Source: an uncultured delta proteobacterium (GTDB lineage Bacteria > Myxococcota_A > Polyangia > Polyangiales > Polyangiaceae). From it: a stretch of 64,000 nt of DNA. The notes under the pieces were generated by a model that was given only the letters and a program-made list of their open reading frames with translations, was not told where the DNA came from and did not search any database. Both the position numbers and the translations under genes were made by a program. Positions within the stretch are counted from its first letter, which is position 1. Every line of letters starts with the position of its first letter. Of the stretch, positions 19,689-30,366 are shown one piece after another. The stretch is from the NCBI GenBank assembly GCA_963811985.1, contig CAWEUH010000059.1, forward strand, positions 21,989 to 85,988, read 5' to 3'.

Positions 19689-22236
19689 CTACTTGCTGCC
19701 AAACAATTCCTCGAAGACCCTCTCGAATTCGTCCTCTTCCCCCACAGGACGCTTGGACGAATTGGCCGTTTCGTTGAGCGCCTGTTCAATCGCCATCAGT
19801 CGTTCTCTGATGTCGCGGTAGGCGGGATCCTTGCGTGCTATCTTCTTGAAGTAGTAGGCGGCTTCCGGGTTGGCGCCTTTCATCTCATTGACGACGCCCA
19901 AATCGTAATAGAGATTCATTTCCCTGATCGACCGACTTTCGAGGCGCCTCCAGCCCGCGAATGTAGGCCTTTTCGGCGGCCGCAAGGTCATCTTGCTCCA
20001 GATGCACGAGCCCGATCATGGCGTAGCACATGCATTCACGCGCCGGATCGCGGGCAGCAATCTCAAGTTCCTTGATAGCGTCCCATACCAGACCCATCTC
20101 CTTGTACGCAACGCCCAAATCGTAGTGGGTCGCGCTGTCGCTTTCTTCCACTTGCGCGCGAACGCCTTCCTTGAATTTCGCAAAGACCTGGTCGATATCG
20201 ACGTCGGCATTGGCGGACTTGGGTGGCGCCGGTGAGATTTCCAAACTTTCGAGAGCACTCAGCGTAGCCGAGAACTCGTCGTCGTCTTCGGGTGGGTACT
20301 GCGACGGGATCACATGCGATTGTTCGGCGCCATCCTGAGCGGGTGACACGCCTGCCGAAGCCTGCAACACTTCGCGCAGTTTTTCTAGAAGCAATGGGTG
20401 ATTGGGACTGCGCGTCAGCTGATCTTCGAGAATCCCACGCGCATCGTCGTACAGGCCTCGTGCCGCGAAGAACTCAGCCTCATCGAGCACTTCTTCCAGT
20501 CCGAAACCTGTGTCGTTGCCACGACCTTTCGACTGCGATTGTACGCCTGTGGATTGGTCGTGGATCTCGTCGTCAGGGGCTTCTTCAATTGCAAAACTTG
20601 GCAATTCGGATTGACGAGCAGCTTCCTCCCTGAGGTCGCTGAACGGGTCGTCAACCTCATCCAGTGGAGCCGCACTCTGGACATCACGTCGCGTGTAGAT
20701 CGCATCATCGTCGTCGAAGCGAGGCAATGGTTGCCTCGAGTCCGCGGCCACTCCACCCGGGATTGAAACGGAGGGAGCGTGTCCGTAAATGCGTGTGTAT
20801 AAGGCAATTGCTTCGGGATTCCGGGGCTCCTCGGCCAGCACCTCCGAAAGAAACGGCACGGCCTCGGCAAGATACCCGGAGTCGGCGAGCAGCGTGGCAA
20901 TCTTCAATGATTCGGCACGCATGGCGCCGTAGTCCCCGACTTGCGCAAGGACTTCCCGCAGCTTGTATCGAACCGCCATGTTGCCGGGGTCGAGTTCGAT
21001 AGCAAATCGCAGAGGCTCGATGGCCTTGTGATGGAGGTTGAGACGACTGAATGACTCGGCGTCGGACAAAGCCTTGTCGGCGTATGACGTGGCATCGAAG
21101 TCCGCGTGATCGACGACCTCCTCGTCCAGGTCCACCGGCGCGACGCTGCCACGCTGGCGACTACCCGCGCTGAGCGCTTCGGCGTCCTCGACGAAATCGT
21201 CGTCTCGTAGCTCGATCACGGCCTCGTCGGGATGAACCGAAGGCGGCGGCGCTTGCGACGGCTGTTGCAGCAGTCGCATAGCCCTAATCTGATCGTCCTG
21301 CGGCGCCACCTGCGCCAGATAGTTGACAATCTGTGCAAAGAGTCCCTGATCGCCCTTTTCACGCGCGATCAGAGCCATCTGCTTGTAGACTTCGATGGAT
21401 TTCTCTGGCTGCTCGATGAGCGTAAATGCCTGAGCCAGCATTCCAAGCACCGTGAGGTCCTTGGGATCCGACTGGAAGCTTATTTGCAGTTTGGAAAGCG
21501 CCTGCAGCCCGTCGGCCCGATTGCCCCGGGCTAGCAGTATTTCAGCGGCAATTCGCGCTAACGTCGGTTCGTTGGCAAAGTGCAGTGCGCGATCGACCAC
21601 CCGCAATGCATCGTCGTCGCGACCCGCTTTCCGGAGGAGGTCTACAGCCACAGAAAACGATTGCTGCCCCGATTCGATATCTTGGATCTGGCAATAGGCC
21701 TCCGCTAGCCTCACGTACGAGAGCGGGTTGGTCGGGTCCAGGTTGACCATCTCGCGAAACGTATCGATTGCTTCGCGGCGGTTGCCCACCAGCAACAACC
21801 GCGTCGCCGCCTCGTCGTAGGCTTGTATGGCGTCGCTCTTGAGACCAAGCTGGGTGTAGATACGGGCAAGATGCTGGGTTATGTGCGCGAATCGATCAGC
21901 AAGCTCGGGGGACCGTTTCTGAATGTGTTCGCGAATTTGCTTGTATACAGCCAACGCTTTTACGGCAAAGCCCTGCGCCTCATACAATTGCGCCACTCTG
22001 TCGTAGGTCTGCATGGCGTCAGCCGACAGCTCCATCCGCACTTGCAAGTCTCCGAGCTTCAGCAGGGTGCGCGCATCGTTCGGATCATCCTGGACAAGCC
22101 GTTGGTATTCCTCCAGCGCGCGATCGAAACGCCGTTTTTCGATCAGCTTCTGGGCAGATTGGAGGATTTTTCTCGATCGATGGCCACCGGAAATTTCGTT
22201 GGGCACGCACATTAGCCGAATTGGCCCTTGGCGCAC
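19689..22236 (-). CDS. large TPR-repeat protein. The last TPR unit is in a different frame (ORFs 19885..22236 and 19689..19991 overlap by 107 nt), giving an apparent frameshift
   Basis: Multiple TPR motifs throughout. The 100-aa downstream ORF encodes a further TPR (NLYYDLGVVNEMKGANPEAAYYFKKIARKDP) with no start context of its own. Confidence 0.7.
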
Positions 22237-22412
22237 CTATCATCCGTCAGCACGATGATCGGGGCCAAAGTCATCCGGAGACACGTGTCCTTGCAGGACT
22301 AGGCTAATGATACACCGTAATATGTGCGTCTGCGGCATTGGCTTTCCAAGCCGACGCCTGGGCCAGAGTGGTCCGTTGTAGACGGCAAGGCGCATTATCC
22401 CACGGTGTGGCA

Positions 22413-22874
22413 TCAAAAAGGTCTGACCACCCCGAATACCGTCGCGCCGCCCGCAAAAACCAGCAAAAGGACAAGAGCCCAAATAGAGCCTTGGGTGCTC
22501 TTTGTTCCCGATGCCATGCGACGGGCGGTACTGCCAATCCAGTGATGAACCGCAATCACCCCGACGGCCAGCGTCAATTTGGCGTGCATGCTGGGAATTC
22601 GTAGGATCGATCGGGTGGGATCCAGGATCAGCATCAGGCCACCCAACAGCAATGAGAGCACGAAAGCCGGAACCGCCAGGTGGCGATACGTCCAAAATGC
22701 GTACTTTGCCCGATCAGAGGTTGAGTCCCGGAGGGCCAATAACGCCGATGCGGCGGACAGAGACCCAATCCAAACCATGTTGGCCAATACGTGAATGGCC
22801 ACCAGAAAGCGGTAGGTGAGCACTGGAAGTGAATTGCGCCAGACCCGCACGGGGCGCAAGTGGCTGGCTGGCAC
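22413..22874 (-). CDS. small 4-TM membrane protein, possibly protoporphyrinogen oxidase HemJ family
   Basis: Four hydrophobic helices with conserved His positions (IHVLANMVW, HAKLTLAVGVIAVHHWIG) that resemble HemJ/UPF0093. Assignment is tentative. Confidence 0.45.
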   Translation of the reverse strand: MPASHLRPVRVWRNSLPVLTYRFLVAIHVLANMVWIGSLSAASALLALRDSTSDRAKYAFWTYRHLAVPAFVLSLLLGGLMLILDPTRSILRIPSMHAKLTLAVGVIAVHHWIGSTARRMASGTKSTQGSIWALVLLLVFAGGATVFGVVRPF

Positions 22875-22911
22875 AACCTGAGCCCGCTTGCGGAATATTT
22901 TCGTTTAGCCC

Positions 22912-24369
22912 ATGGTGTCGGCCATGCACGTTGATCCCAGGCTGACAGCCCCATTCTTTCCCGGCGGATCGTTCGGCCTGCAAATGAGCGACCTTGAGGC
23001 GCTGTTGTCCAACGCTTTGGATCGTGGCGGAGATTACGCCGATCTCTTCTTCGAGCGCCACATGGCAAGCAGCCTCTCCTACGAGGAGGGCATTACGCGC
23101 TCCGCCACGAAGGGGGTTTCGATGGGGCTCGGTGTACGCGTGTGCCGCGGGCAAGCCACTGGATACGCACACACCGAAGATCTCGATAGGGCTGCCATGC
23201 GTCGGGCTGCTTCGACCGCCGCGAAAATTGCGACGTTAGGGCCCGAAGGTGCGCGCGAGCCGCTCAGGAGCGTTGCGATTCCAAAACGCTACGATCTAGA
23301 CAGACCGACGTTCGAAGAACCGGGACTCGCAAAGCGCGAGCTGCTCGAACGGGCGAGCGCCGCTGCATTTGCCGCGGATTGTCGCGTGAAGAAGGTTGAA
23401 GTCCACTTCGTGGATGAAGTCCGCGAAGTGTTGATCGCCAATAGCCTGGGGCGGTACGTCGCGGACAGCCGACCTTTGATGCGGTTTGGCGTGCGCGTCG
23501 TTGCCGAGGACAAAGACCGAAGAGAATCTGGGTTCAGCGGTGGCGGCGGACGGGTGACTCTTGGCTACTTCACCGATCGCACTGCGGAGTGGCACGCGAG
23601 ACAGGCCGTGCGCCAAGCGCTAGTCATGTTGGATTCGCGAACAGCACCGGCAGGGCAATTTGAAGTCGTGCTTGCGCCCGGCGACAGCGGCATCTTGCTG
23701 CACGAAGCAGTGGGCCATGGACTGGAGGCGGACTTCAATCGCAAGAAGACGAGCAACTACAGCGATTGCATCGGCCAGCTGGTCGCAAGTCCACTTTGCA
23801 CGGTCGTGGATGATGCCACGTTGATTCAAGGTCGCGGCTCGTTGAATGTGGATGACGAGGGCAGCGTCCCGACCAAGACCACCCTAATCGAAAACGGAGT
23901 CTTACAGGGTTATCTGCACGACCGCTTGTCTGCCCGGCACTTTGACACGGTGCCAACAGGAAACGGCCGGCGCGAAAGCTTTTCGAGCCATCCCATGCCC
24001 CGAATGACCAACACTCTGTTATTGTCGGGAACGGACGACCCAGAATCTATCATCCGAAGTGTGAAAAATGGGGTCTATGCCAAAGCGTTCGGAGGCGGCC
24101 AGGTTGATATCTCAAACGGTGATTTTGTTTTCAGTCTCACTGAATCCTACTTGATCGAGGACGGCCGAATAACGGCGCCTCTGAAAGGTGTGAATCTTAT
24201 TGGTAACGGTCCGGAAACATTACGCGGGGTAACGATGCTCGGCAATGACGTGCAGGTTTCCGATGGCATTTGGACCTGTGGCAAGGACGGCCAAAGTGTT
24301 CCGGTGGGTGTCGGATGTCCTACGGTTAAGCTCTCACGGATAACTGTCGGTGGAACTGAGATCGGTTGA
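22912..24369 (+). CDS. tldD: TldD/PmbA-family metalloprotease
   Basis: Full-length similarity to TldD, including HEAVGHGLEADFNRK (zinc-binding HExxxH-like) and the C-terminal GG...DGIWTCGKDGQS region. The start may be at 22984 (MSDLEALL). Confidence 0.9.
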   Translation: MVSAMHVDPRLTAPFFPGGSFGLQMSDLEALLSNALDRGGDYADLFFERHMASSLSYEEGITRSATKGVSMGLGVRVCRGQATGYAHTEDLDRAAMRRAASTAAKIATLGPEGAREPLRSVAIPKRYDLDRPTFEEPGLAKRELLERASAAAFAADCRVKKVEVHFVDEVREVLIANSLGRYVADSRPLMRFGVRVVAEDKDRRESGFSGGGGRVTLGYFTDRTAEWHARQAVRQALVMLDSRTAPAGQFEVVLAPGDSGILLHEAVGHGLEADFNRKKTSNYSDCIGQLVASPLCTVVDDATLIQGRGSLNVDDEGSVPTKTTLIENGVLQGYLHDRLSARHFDTVPTGNGRRESFSSHPMPRMTNTLLLSGTDDPESIIRSVKNGVYAKAFGGGQVDISNGDFVFSLTESYLIEDGRITAPLKGVNLIGNGPETLRGVTMLGNDVQVSDGIWTCGKDGQSVPVGVGCPTVKLSRITVGGTEIG

Positions 24370-25123
24370 AATCAGTAAGAAGCGGCCCAAGACCTTTGTG
24401 GGGGTTTTGGGTCACGTCCAGCACCTCGAAAGGGAGGACGGTGCGGCCGCGACGCTGCGCCAGCTTGGCGCCGTGGTCAGAACGCTTGACCTTTGGGATG
24501 ATCCCGTGAATTTGATCGAAGAGGGCGACGATGAGCTGGACGTAAGACCAAGAGCCCTCATCTTCGAGGCGCTGGACCGACCAGACCTCGCCATCGCAGC
24601 CCTTCGGTCGATTCGGCGGGAACCATTTTTCGACAACGTCGGCGCCATGATAACCGTCAGTGTCGGGCAAATCGCCCGCATTGAACCTTGGAGTGGCTTC
24701 GACGACTTCTGTTTGCACCCGTATGTGGCAGAGGAGCTCTATGCCCGGATCCGGGCGCTTGAGTGGCGACGGAGCGAATTTGCAACGGAAGAACGCCAAA
24801 AAATCGGGGGGATCGTAATCGACAAAGCCGGCCATGAAGTCGTCGTCAACGGCAGACCGGCGCAGCTGACGGCCAAGGAATTCGCATTGTTGTCGTACCT
24901 TTGCGAAAGGCGGGGCAAAGTCCTGTCGCGCGAGCACTTGTTGGCGCGCGTTTGGGGCAGCCGCTACGAAGGCGGACCTAGAACAGTCGATATTCACGTT
25001 CGAAGACTGCGTGCGAAGCTCGGGGCCGCGCTGCCGCTGGAAACGCTGCGTGGTTCGGGCTACAAGCTTCGCGCACCGGACAGCGACTCGCGCGCCGGTG
25101 ACGCGGAGCTCGACGAGGAATGA
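24350..25123 (+). CDS. winged-helix transcriptional regulator with an OmpR/PhoB-type C-terminal DNA-binding domain and an atypical receiver-like N-domain
   Basis: The C-terminus (LTAKEFALLSYLCERRGKVLSREHLLARVWG...VDIHVRRLRAKLG) is a canonical trans_reg_C domain. Confidence 0.7.
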   Translation: MELRSVEISKKRPKTFVGVLGHVQHLEREDGAAATLRQLGAVVRTLDLWDDPVNLIEEGDDELDVRPRALIFEALDRPDLAIAALRSIRREPFFDNVGAMITVSVGQIARIEPWSGFDDFCLHPYVAEELYARIRALEWRRSEFATEERQKIGGIVIDKAGHEVVVNGRPAQLTAKEFALLSYLCERRGKVLSREHLLARVWGSRYEGGPRTVDIHVRRLRAKLGAALPLETLRGSGYKLRAPDSDSRAGDAELDEE

Positions 25124-26106
25124 TCGTTATATCCACTGGATGCCCCGCCGGCATCGGTCCTGAAATCTCCGTCACAGCCGCCTCGCGCGTTCGTTTCCCT
25201 TGTCTGTTGGTCGGCGACCCCTCGACCTTGCTCGCAGCGGCCAAGTTGGTTGGCGTCGCTCCCAACCGCTTGGTGCCGTATCGGGGTCAGCGACTCGCGT
25301 CCAATGAGATTGGCGTGATAGAGGCGGGGCCAAAACTCACCCTGCGCGATCGCCGTGCTGGTAAGCCCACGGAGCGCGCGGGCGCGGCCCAGCTTGCGTA
25401 CATCGAAACGGCCTTCGACTGGGTCAAAAGTCACGCCGGCAGCGCATTGGTGACGGCACCAGTCAGCAAAGCGGTTATTGCGAAGTGTGGCCTGGCACGG
25501 GCGAAAGACTTTTTGGGTCACACGGAGTGGTTGGAAACGCGCGATGGGGCGAAAGTAACGACGATGTGCTTCGCGACGCGCCGCTTCGTGACAAGCCTGG
25601 TGACGACCCATTTGCCGCTGACCAAAGTCCCGCGTGCCGTCACGCCAAAGAAAGTCACCACAGCCATTGTGGCGCTCGCAGAATTGCTCACGAGTTTGGG
25701 CGCTCGATTGCCGAAAATCGCCGTCTGTTCGCTCAACCCGCATGCCGGTGAGAGCGCGCTGTTGGGCGGCGAGGAAGACAAGTCGATTGTGCCCGGCATC
25801 GAAGCCGCCCGCCAGCGTCTCGGCAAGACCGTCGAGTTGATCGGGCCAATCGGGGCGGAGACCGCGTATCGAAAAGCGCAGGGGCGAGTTTATAACGGCG
25901 TCGTCGGGATGTACCACGATCAAGCGACGATTCCGACCAAACTCATCGCGTTTGGCGAGGCCGTGAACGTGACCTGGGGTTTGTCGATCATTCGCACGAG
26001 CGTTGACCACGGAACGGGTTATGACATCGCGTGGTCCGCAAAGGCCGATGCAAAGGGCATGCTCTCGGCCATTGCACTAGCCAAACGCTTAAGCAAGAAA
26101 TCATGA
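25120..26106 (+). CDS. pdxA: 4-hydroxythreonine-4-phosphate dehydrogenase PdxA
   Basis: PdxA signatures (GDPxG-like N-terminus, VSLVTTHLPL, HDQATIPTKL, GLSIIRTSVDHGTGYDIA). Confidence 0.9.
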   Translation: MIVISTGCPAGIGPEISVTAASRVRFPCLLVGDPSTLLAAAKLVGVAPNRLVPYRGQRLASNEIGVIEAGPKLTLRDRRAGKPTERAGAAQLAYIETAFDWVKSHAGSALVTAPVSKAVIAKCGLARAKDFLGHTEWLETRDGAKVTTMCFATRRFVTSLVTTHLPLTKVPRAVTPKKVTTAIVALAELLTSLGARLPKIAVCSLNPHAGESALLGGEEDKSIVPGIEAARQRLGKTVELIGPIGAETAYRKAQGRVYNGVVGMYHDQATIPTKLIAFGEAVNVTWGLSIIRTSVDHGTGYDIAWSAKADAKGMLSAIALAKRLSKKS

Positions 26107-27074
26107 TAAGTTCAGACGTTCAGGCCGCCGCAACGCTGCTCAGAGCGGGGCAAGTCGTCGCATTTCCAACCGAAACGGTGTACGGGTTGGGCGCGATTGC
26201 TCATCACGCGCAGGCCGTCGCGCGCATCTTCGAGATCAAAGGGCGACCGCGCTTCGATCCATTGATCGTGCACGCAGCGAATGCTGACCTTGCGTTAGAT
26301 TTGTGCAAAGAAGTGCGGTCGCAAGCAACTCGCCTTGCTGCGGCATTTTGGCCAGGTCCGCTAACGCTCGTGTTGCCCAAACGCGCGTCGGTTCCTGACA
26401 TCGTCACGGCGGGACTTACGTCGGTCGCTGTTCGCGTGCCCGCCCATCCAATAACCCAACGGCTACTGGTTGCCGTTGGCGCGCCGCTAGCGGCACCTAG
26501 CGCCAACCGATTCGGCAGAGTAAGTCCCACGACCTCAGCGCACGTAGCCGACGATTTGGGCAACGACGTGCCGTTCATTCTTGAGGGCGGCGCCTGTGAA
26601 CGTGGCATCGAATCGACAATACTATCGCTGCTCGACGACCCGCCCCGGCTCTTGCGACCGGGGGGCATCGCCATCGAGGACATCCGCGCATTGATTGGCG
26701 ACATTGACACGAGTACGGACGTGCCAGCAACGCCGCTGAGCCCGGGCCAACTGCGTTCCCATTATGCTCCAAAGACTCCGATGCGGCCGCTAGGGCCGCC
26801 CTCGCATCCGGTTGCCGCAGAGCGCGTGGGGCTGCTGTCGATAGGTCCGGCCGATGCGGGCGCCTACGCAGCCGTGGAGGTCCTAAGCCAGCGCTGCGAT
26901 TTGCTTGAAGCGGCCAGCAACCTGTTTGCCGCGCTGCGACGGCTTGACGCCCTTGGATTGGATCGCATCGTCTGTGAGTTTGCGCCCCGCACGGGCTTGG
27001 GCATCGCGATCAACGATCGACTTTGGCGCGGGTGTGAGGCGTCGCCACCGGAGCGTCCTGAACGTCCCGTATAG
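26103..27074 (+). CDS. tsaC: L-threonylcarbamoyladenylate synthase (TsaC/Sua5/YrdC family)
   Basis: YrdC domain (VVAFPTETVYGLGA...KGRPRFDPLIVH...WPGPLTLVL...SANRFGRVSPT) plus a Sua5-like C-terminal extension. Confidence 0.85.
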   Translation: MISSDVQAAATLLRAGQVVAFPTETVYGLGAIAHHAQAVARIFEIKGRPRFDPLIVHAANADLALDLCKEVRSQATRLAAAFWPGPLTLVLPKRASVPDIVTAGLTSVAVRVPAHPITQRLLVAVGAPLAAPSANRFGRVSPTTSAHVADDLGNDVPFILEGGACERGIESTILSLLDDPPRLLRPGGIAIEDIRALIGDIDTSTDVPATPLSPGQLRSHYAPKTPMRPLGPPSHPVAAERVGLLSIGPADAGAYAAVEVLSQRCDLLEAASNLFAALRRLDALGLDRIVCEFAPRTGLGIAINDRLWRGCEASPPERPERPV

Positions 27075-29388
27075 GCGAGATACCACTTACCGAACGTCGC
27101 TCGAGCACGCTGCGCACCAGGTTCGAGAAGTCTTCGATGCGAAATGGTTTCTTTAGGAACCCATCGATGGTGACATTCGAAAGCCGCTCCAGCACTTCCT
27201 CCTCGCCAAAGCCGCTTGTCAACACAATCGGAACATGCGGTCTGATGCTACGAATCTCAACGAGCGCCTGGTCGCCGGTCATTTCAGGCATTGTTAGATC
27301 CAAAATGACGAGACTGATCTCGTCGGCGCGTCGCGCGAATTCATTGACGGCGATGCGACCATTCTGGGCCAAAACAACCTGAAACCCCAACCGCTCCAAG
27401 AAGCGACGGCCTACCGTGCGCACGGGCGGTTCATCGTCCGCAAACAGGACACAGCCACGCCCAATCCACAACGTTTCCGAACTTCGCGGTGCCGCCGACG
27501 CGCGGCGCCGGTTGATGGGCAGCAGAACACGAAACACGCTACCGTGGCCCTGGTTACTCACGACGCGAATCGCGCCGCGATGACCGCGCACGATGCCCAG
27601 CAGCGCTGGCAACCCAAGGCCGCGACCCGCAAATTTCGTCGTGTAAAACGGTTCGAAAATCCTCGATAGCGTCGATTCGTCCATGCCGCTGCCGTTGTCG
27701 ATGACTTCGAGCGCGACATATCGGCTCGCAGGGAGTTCGTCGCCCAGTAGACAACCCGAGAGTTCTTCGCGGCTCACGTCCGTCACACTCGACCGAACGA
27801 TCACATGGCCGGAGCCCGATGCCGTTGACTCCGCGGCGTTCATGACGAGGTTGAGTACCACCTGACGAATCTGCGCCGCGTCAACTTCAACAAGCGGCAA
27901 TGACGGCTCGAGTTCGAATGTCAGTCGCGGCTTGTTGACGAGGGAAACCTCCAGCAGTGGCCGCAGCTCTTCCACCAGCGTCGTCAATGACACGGGCTCA
28001 ATGACAAACCGCCCTCGACCCGAGTAGGCAAGCAGCTGGTCACAGAGCACCGATGCACGCTCGGCGCATTGGCGGGCCAGGACGAGCGACTGACTGAGGC
28101 TCGAGTCCGGCACGAGTTCCGTGGCCGCCAGGTCGATGCTGCCCAGAATTCCAGAGAGCAGGTTGTTGAAATCATGGGCAATACCGCCCGCAAGTACGCC
28201 TAGGCTCTCCAGCTTTTGGGCCTGCTGCATGCGCGCTTCCAATTGAAGCTGTTCGCGCTCGGCGAGCAGCCGCTCTGTAACATCGCGAATCGTGCTAACG
28301 ACGATGACTCGCCCATCCAGCAAGAAGGAATTCTCCTTTGCTTCTACTGGAAAGACGGTGCCGTCGGCTCTTCGATGATACGTGTGCGTCACGCCCGTTC
28401 CTGTCGGCGTGCGATGCGTAAGCGCGCAGTCCGCCGGCGGAGCGATCAAGTCGTCCCAATAGAGTTTCAGAATCTCCTGCCGAGGCCACCCGTAGACGCT
28501 AATCGTTGCTGGATTGATATCGAGCAACCGTCCGGTTTCGCCGTCGGCCACGATCACGGGGTCGGAAACCGCTGCAAAAAGCAGGTCGAAACGCCCCGGG
28601 TGGTTACCTGTTACCGAAACGACTTCGACAGCGCGTCGGCACACTTGCCCAAGTACAAGGACCTCCGACGTGGGCGAACCTGGGATGTCCGGTACCCAAT
28701 GCAACGTCAAGACAGTGTCCGACCCGGGCAATTGCACGAGACGCGACACGGGCGCTCGCTTCGCGTGGATCTCGGCGAGGCCACTTTCGATGATCTCCCT
28801 GATGGGCGATGCAAGGGTGTGCAGGTTCACCGGATCAAACGGTTGCCCCCGGTCGGCAATTCCAAGGATGCTTCGCGCAACGTCATTCGCGAATGTAGCA
28901 CGTTTGACTGAATCGAGGCGCGCGACAATGGCTGGCGTTCGTTGGGCCAATTCAGTCCACGCGATCGGGCCGTCGGGATACGCCATCCCATTGATGTCAA
29001 GCGTTTGATCGATAGGGGTGATAACCCCGAGTCGGACTCGATTGAGATGCGCTTCGTCCGTCGCGTAATCTGCTTCAATGCACCGCGCAGGCGCCGATTG
29101 CCCGGAAGAGTTCTTCAGTTGAATGTCAAACGCGTGAAATGCACTAGCCGGTTTCGCTGCCCCAATCATCCCAACCGACGACCGTGTCGCCGAGTCACAG
29201 GGTTCAATGTGAGAGTCAATCGGCTCCCACTGTGTCACGTCGGGAGCCTCGCTGGCGCCGTCGATCAATTCGCACAGCCCCATTCCGACGCACTGCTGCC
29301 GCCGCGCGTCGATGTAACGCAGGTAGACGCAACATTTGGTTTTGGGGAGCACGCGCTCAAGTTTCGGCGCAGACATGAGCCCAGCCAT
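27010..29388 (-). CDS. hybrid sensor histidine kinase / response regulator with PAS domain(s)
   Basis: HisKA H-box (IAHDFNNLLSGILG). HATPase_c N, G1 and G2 boxes (NLVMNAAES, IDNGSGMDE, GRGLGL). C-terminal receiver (LFADDEP...ILDLTMPEMTG...KKPF). The 3' end overlaps tsaC by 64 nt convergently. Confidence 0.85.
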   Translation of the reverse strand: MAGLMSAPKLERVLPKTKCCVYLRYIDARRQQCVGMGLCELIDGASEAPDVTQWEPIDSHIEPCDSATRSSVGMIGAAKPASAFHAFDIQLKNSSGQSAPARCIEADYATDEAHLNRVRLGVITPIDQTLDINGMAYPDGPIAWTELAQRTPAIVARLDSVKRATFANDVARSILGIADRGQPFDPVNLHTLASPIREIIESGLAEIHAKRAPVSRLVQLPGSDTVLTLHWVPDIPGSPTSEVLVLGQVCRRAVEVVSVTGNHPGRFDLLFAAVSDPVIVADGETGRLLDINPATISVYGWPRQEILKLYWDDLIAPPADCALTHRTPTGTGVTHTYHRRADGTVFPVEAKENSFLLDGRVIVVSTIRDVTERLLAEREQLQLEARMQQAQKLESLGVLAGGIAHDFNNLLSGILGSIDLAATELVPDSSLSQSLVLARQCAERASVLCDQLLAYSGRGRFVIEPVSLTTLVEELRPLLEVSLVNKPRLTFELEPSLPLVEVDAAQIRQVVLNLVMNAAESTASGSGHVIVRSSVTDVSREELSGCLLGDELPASRYVALEVIDNGSGMDESTLSRIFEPFYTTKFAGRGLGLPALLGIVRGHRGAIRVVSNQGHGSVFRVLLPINRRRASAAPRSSETLWIGRGCVLFADDEPPVRTVGRRFLERLGFQVVLAQNGRIAVNEFARRADEISLVILDLTMPEMTGDQALVEIRSIRPHVPIVLTSGFGEEEVLERLSNVTIDGFLKKPFRIEDFSNLVRSVLERRSVSGISPIRDVQDAPVATPHTRAKVDR

Positions 29389-29641
29389 AATTTATAGCGC
29401 AGTTTAGCGGGAAGCGTTGTTCAGCAATTCCTCAACTCAATCGACGTGAATGTCCGGTTGAACGGTCGCACGCCCGCGTCACGCTCCGAGCGGAATAGTG
29501 CCGAAAAACTGTGCCTTGGTCTGGACTTGCAGCCCTGAATCACCTCGCGTGAACCTTCTGCAAGCATCGCCCACATTGTGCGCAAGTCCTCTGTGACTGC
29601 CCGCAACGGCTGGTTCCAGCCGGAGTCTTCGGCGAGCAGAA

Positions 29642-30184
29642 CTATTCCTCGGCTTCGTCACCTTCTACTAGTGCCGCGTCCAGTTCTTCGACGAAACCGA
29701 ATTGGCGAAGGTCCTTGATTCTCTGCGGGTATAAGATTCCATCAAGATGATCAGCCTCGTGCTGGACGACCCTAGCGTGAAAGTCTCCCACGGTGCGATC
29801 GATCGTGTTGCCCTGGACGTCGAAACCTTGGTAGCGCAGCCGCACGTAGCGCGGCACCAAACCACGCATCCCCGGTACCGACAGGCAGCCCTCCCAATCT
29901 TCCTCCATTAAATCGCCTATGGGAGTAAGGTCGGGATTGATCAACACGGTGAACGGCACTGATTCCGCGTCTGGGTAGCGCGGGTTCTGTTCGAACCCGA
30001 ATATGACGATGCGCAACGGCACGCCGATCTGCGGCGCAGCAAGCCCAGCGCCGTTGAACTCGCGCATGGTGTCGATCATGTCCGCGACCAAGCCATGTAG
30101 CTCGGGTGTGTCGAAATCGCGCACGGGGTCGGAGACTTCGAGCAACTGAGGGTCACCCATGCGAAGCACCGTTCTAATTGCCAT
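29642..30184 (-). CDS. def: peptide deformylase
   Basis: [18 protein letters not shown] and QHEADHLDG motifs (Def motifs I-III). Confidence 0.9.
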   Translation of the reverse strand: MAIRTVLRMGDPQLLEVSDPVRDFDTPELHGLVADMIDTMREFNGAGLAAPQIGVPLRIVIFGFEQNPRYPDAESVPFTVLINPDLTPIGDLMEEDWEGCLSVPGMRGLVPRYVRLRYQGFDVQGNTIDRTVGDFHARVVQHEADHLDGILYPQRIKDLRQFGFVEELDAALVEGDEAEE

Positions 30185-30366
30185 ATTGATTGCCCAACCA
30201 TGCCAGATAGGCCCAAGCCGTTCCAGCGAGGGTCCCGGCCGGCTATTTTTGCGCTGGTGCCGAACCGACCAACACAAGCGCAGTCCCGGTAGGCCCTATT
30301 GGCGGCAAACCTCGGGGTTCAAAGAGCCGTGTTGATGTCGTGCCACAAATCGTGCGAGGCTGAACC

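Noticed and set aside
27010-27074. 64-nt convergent overlap between the tsaC 3' end and the hybrid kinase 3' end
   Set aside because: Probably reflects a slightly over-extended C-terminus for one of the two ORFs. No functional inference made.
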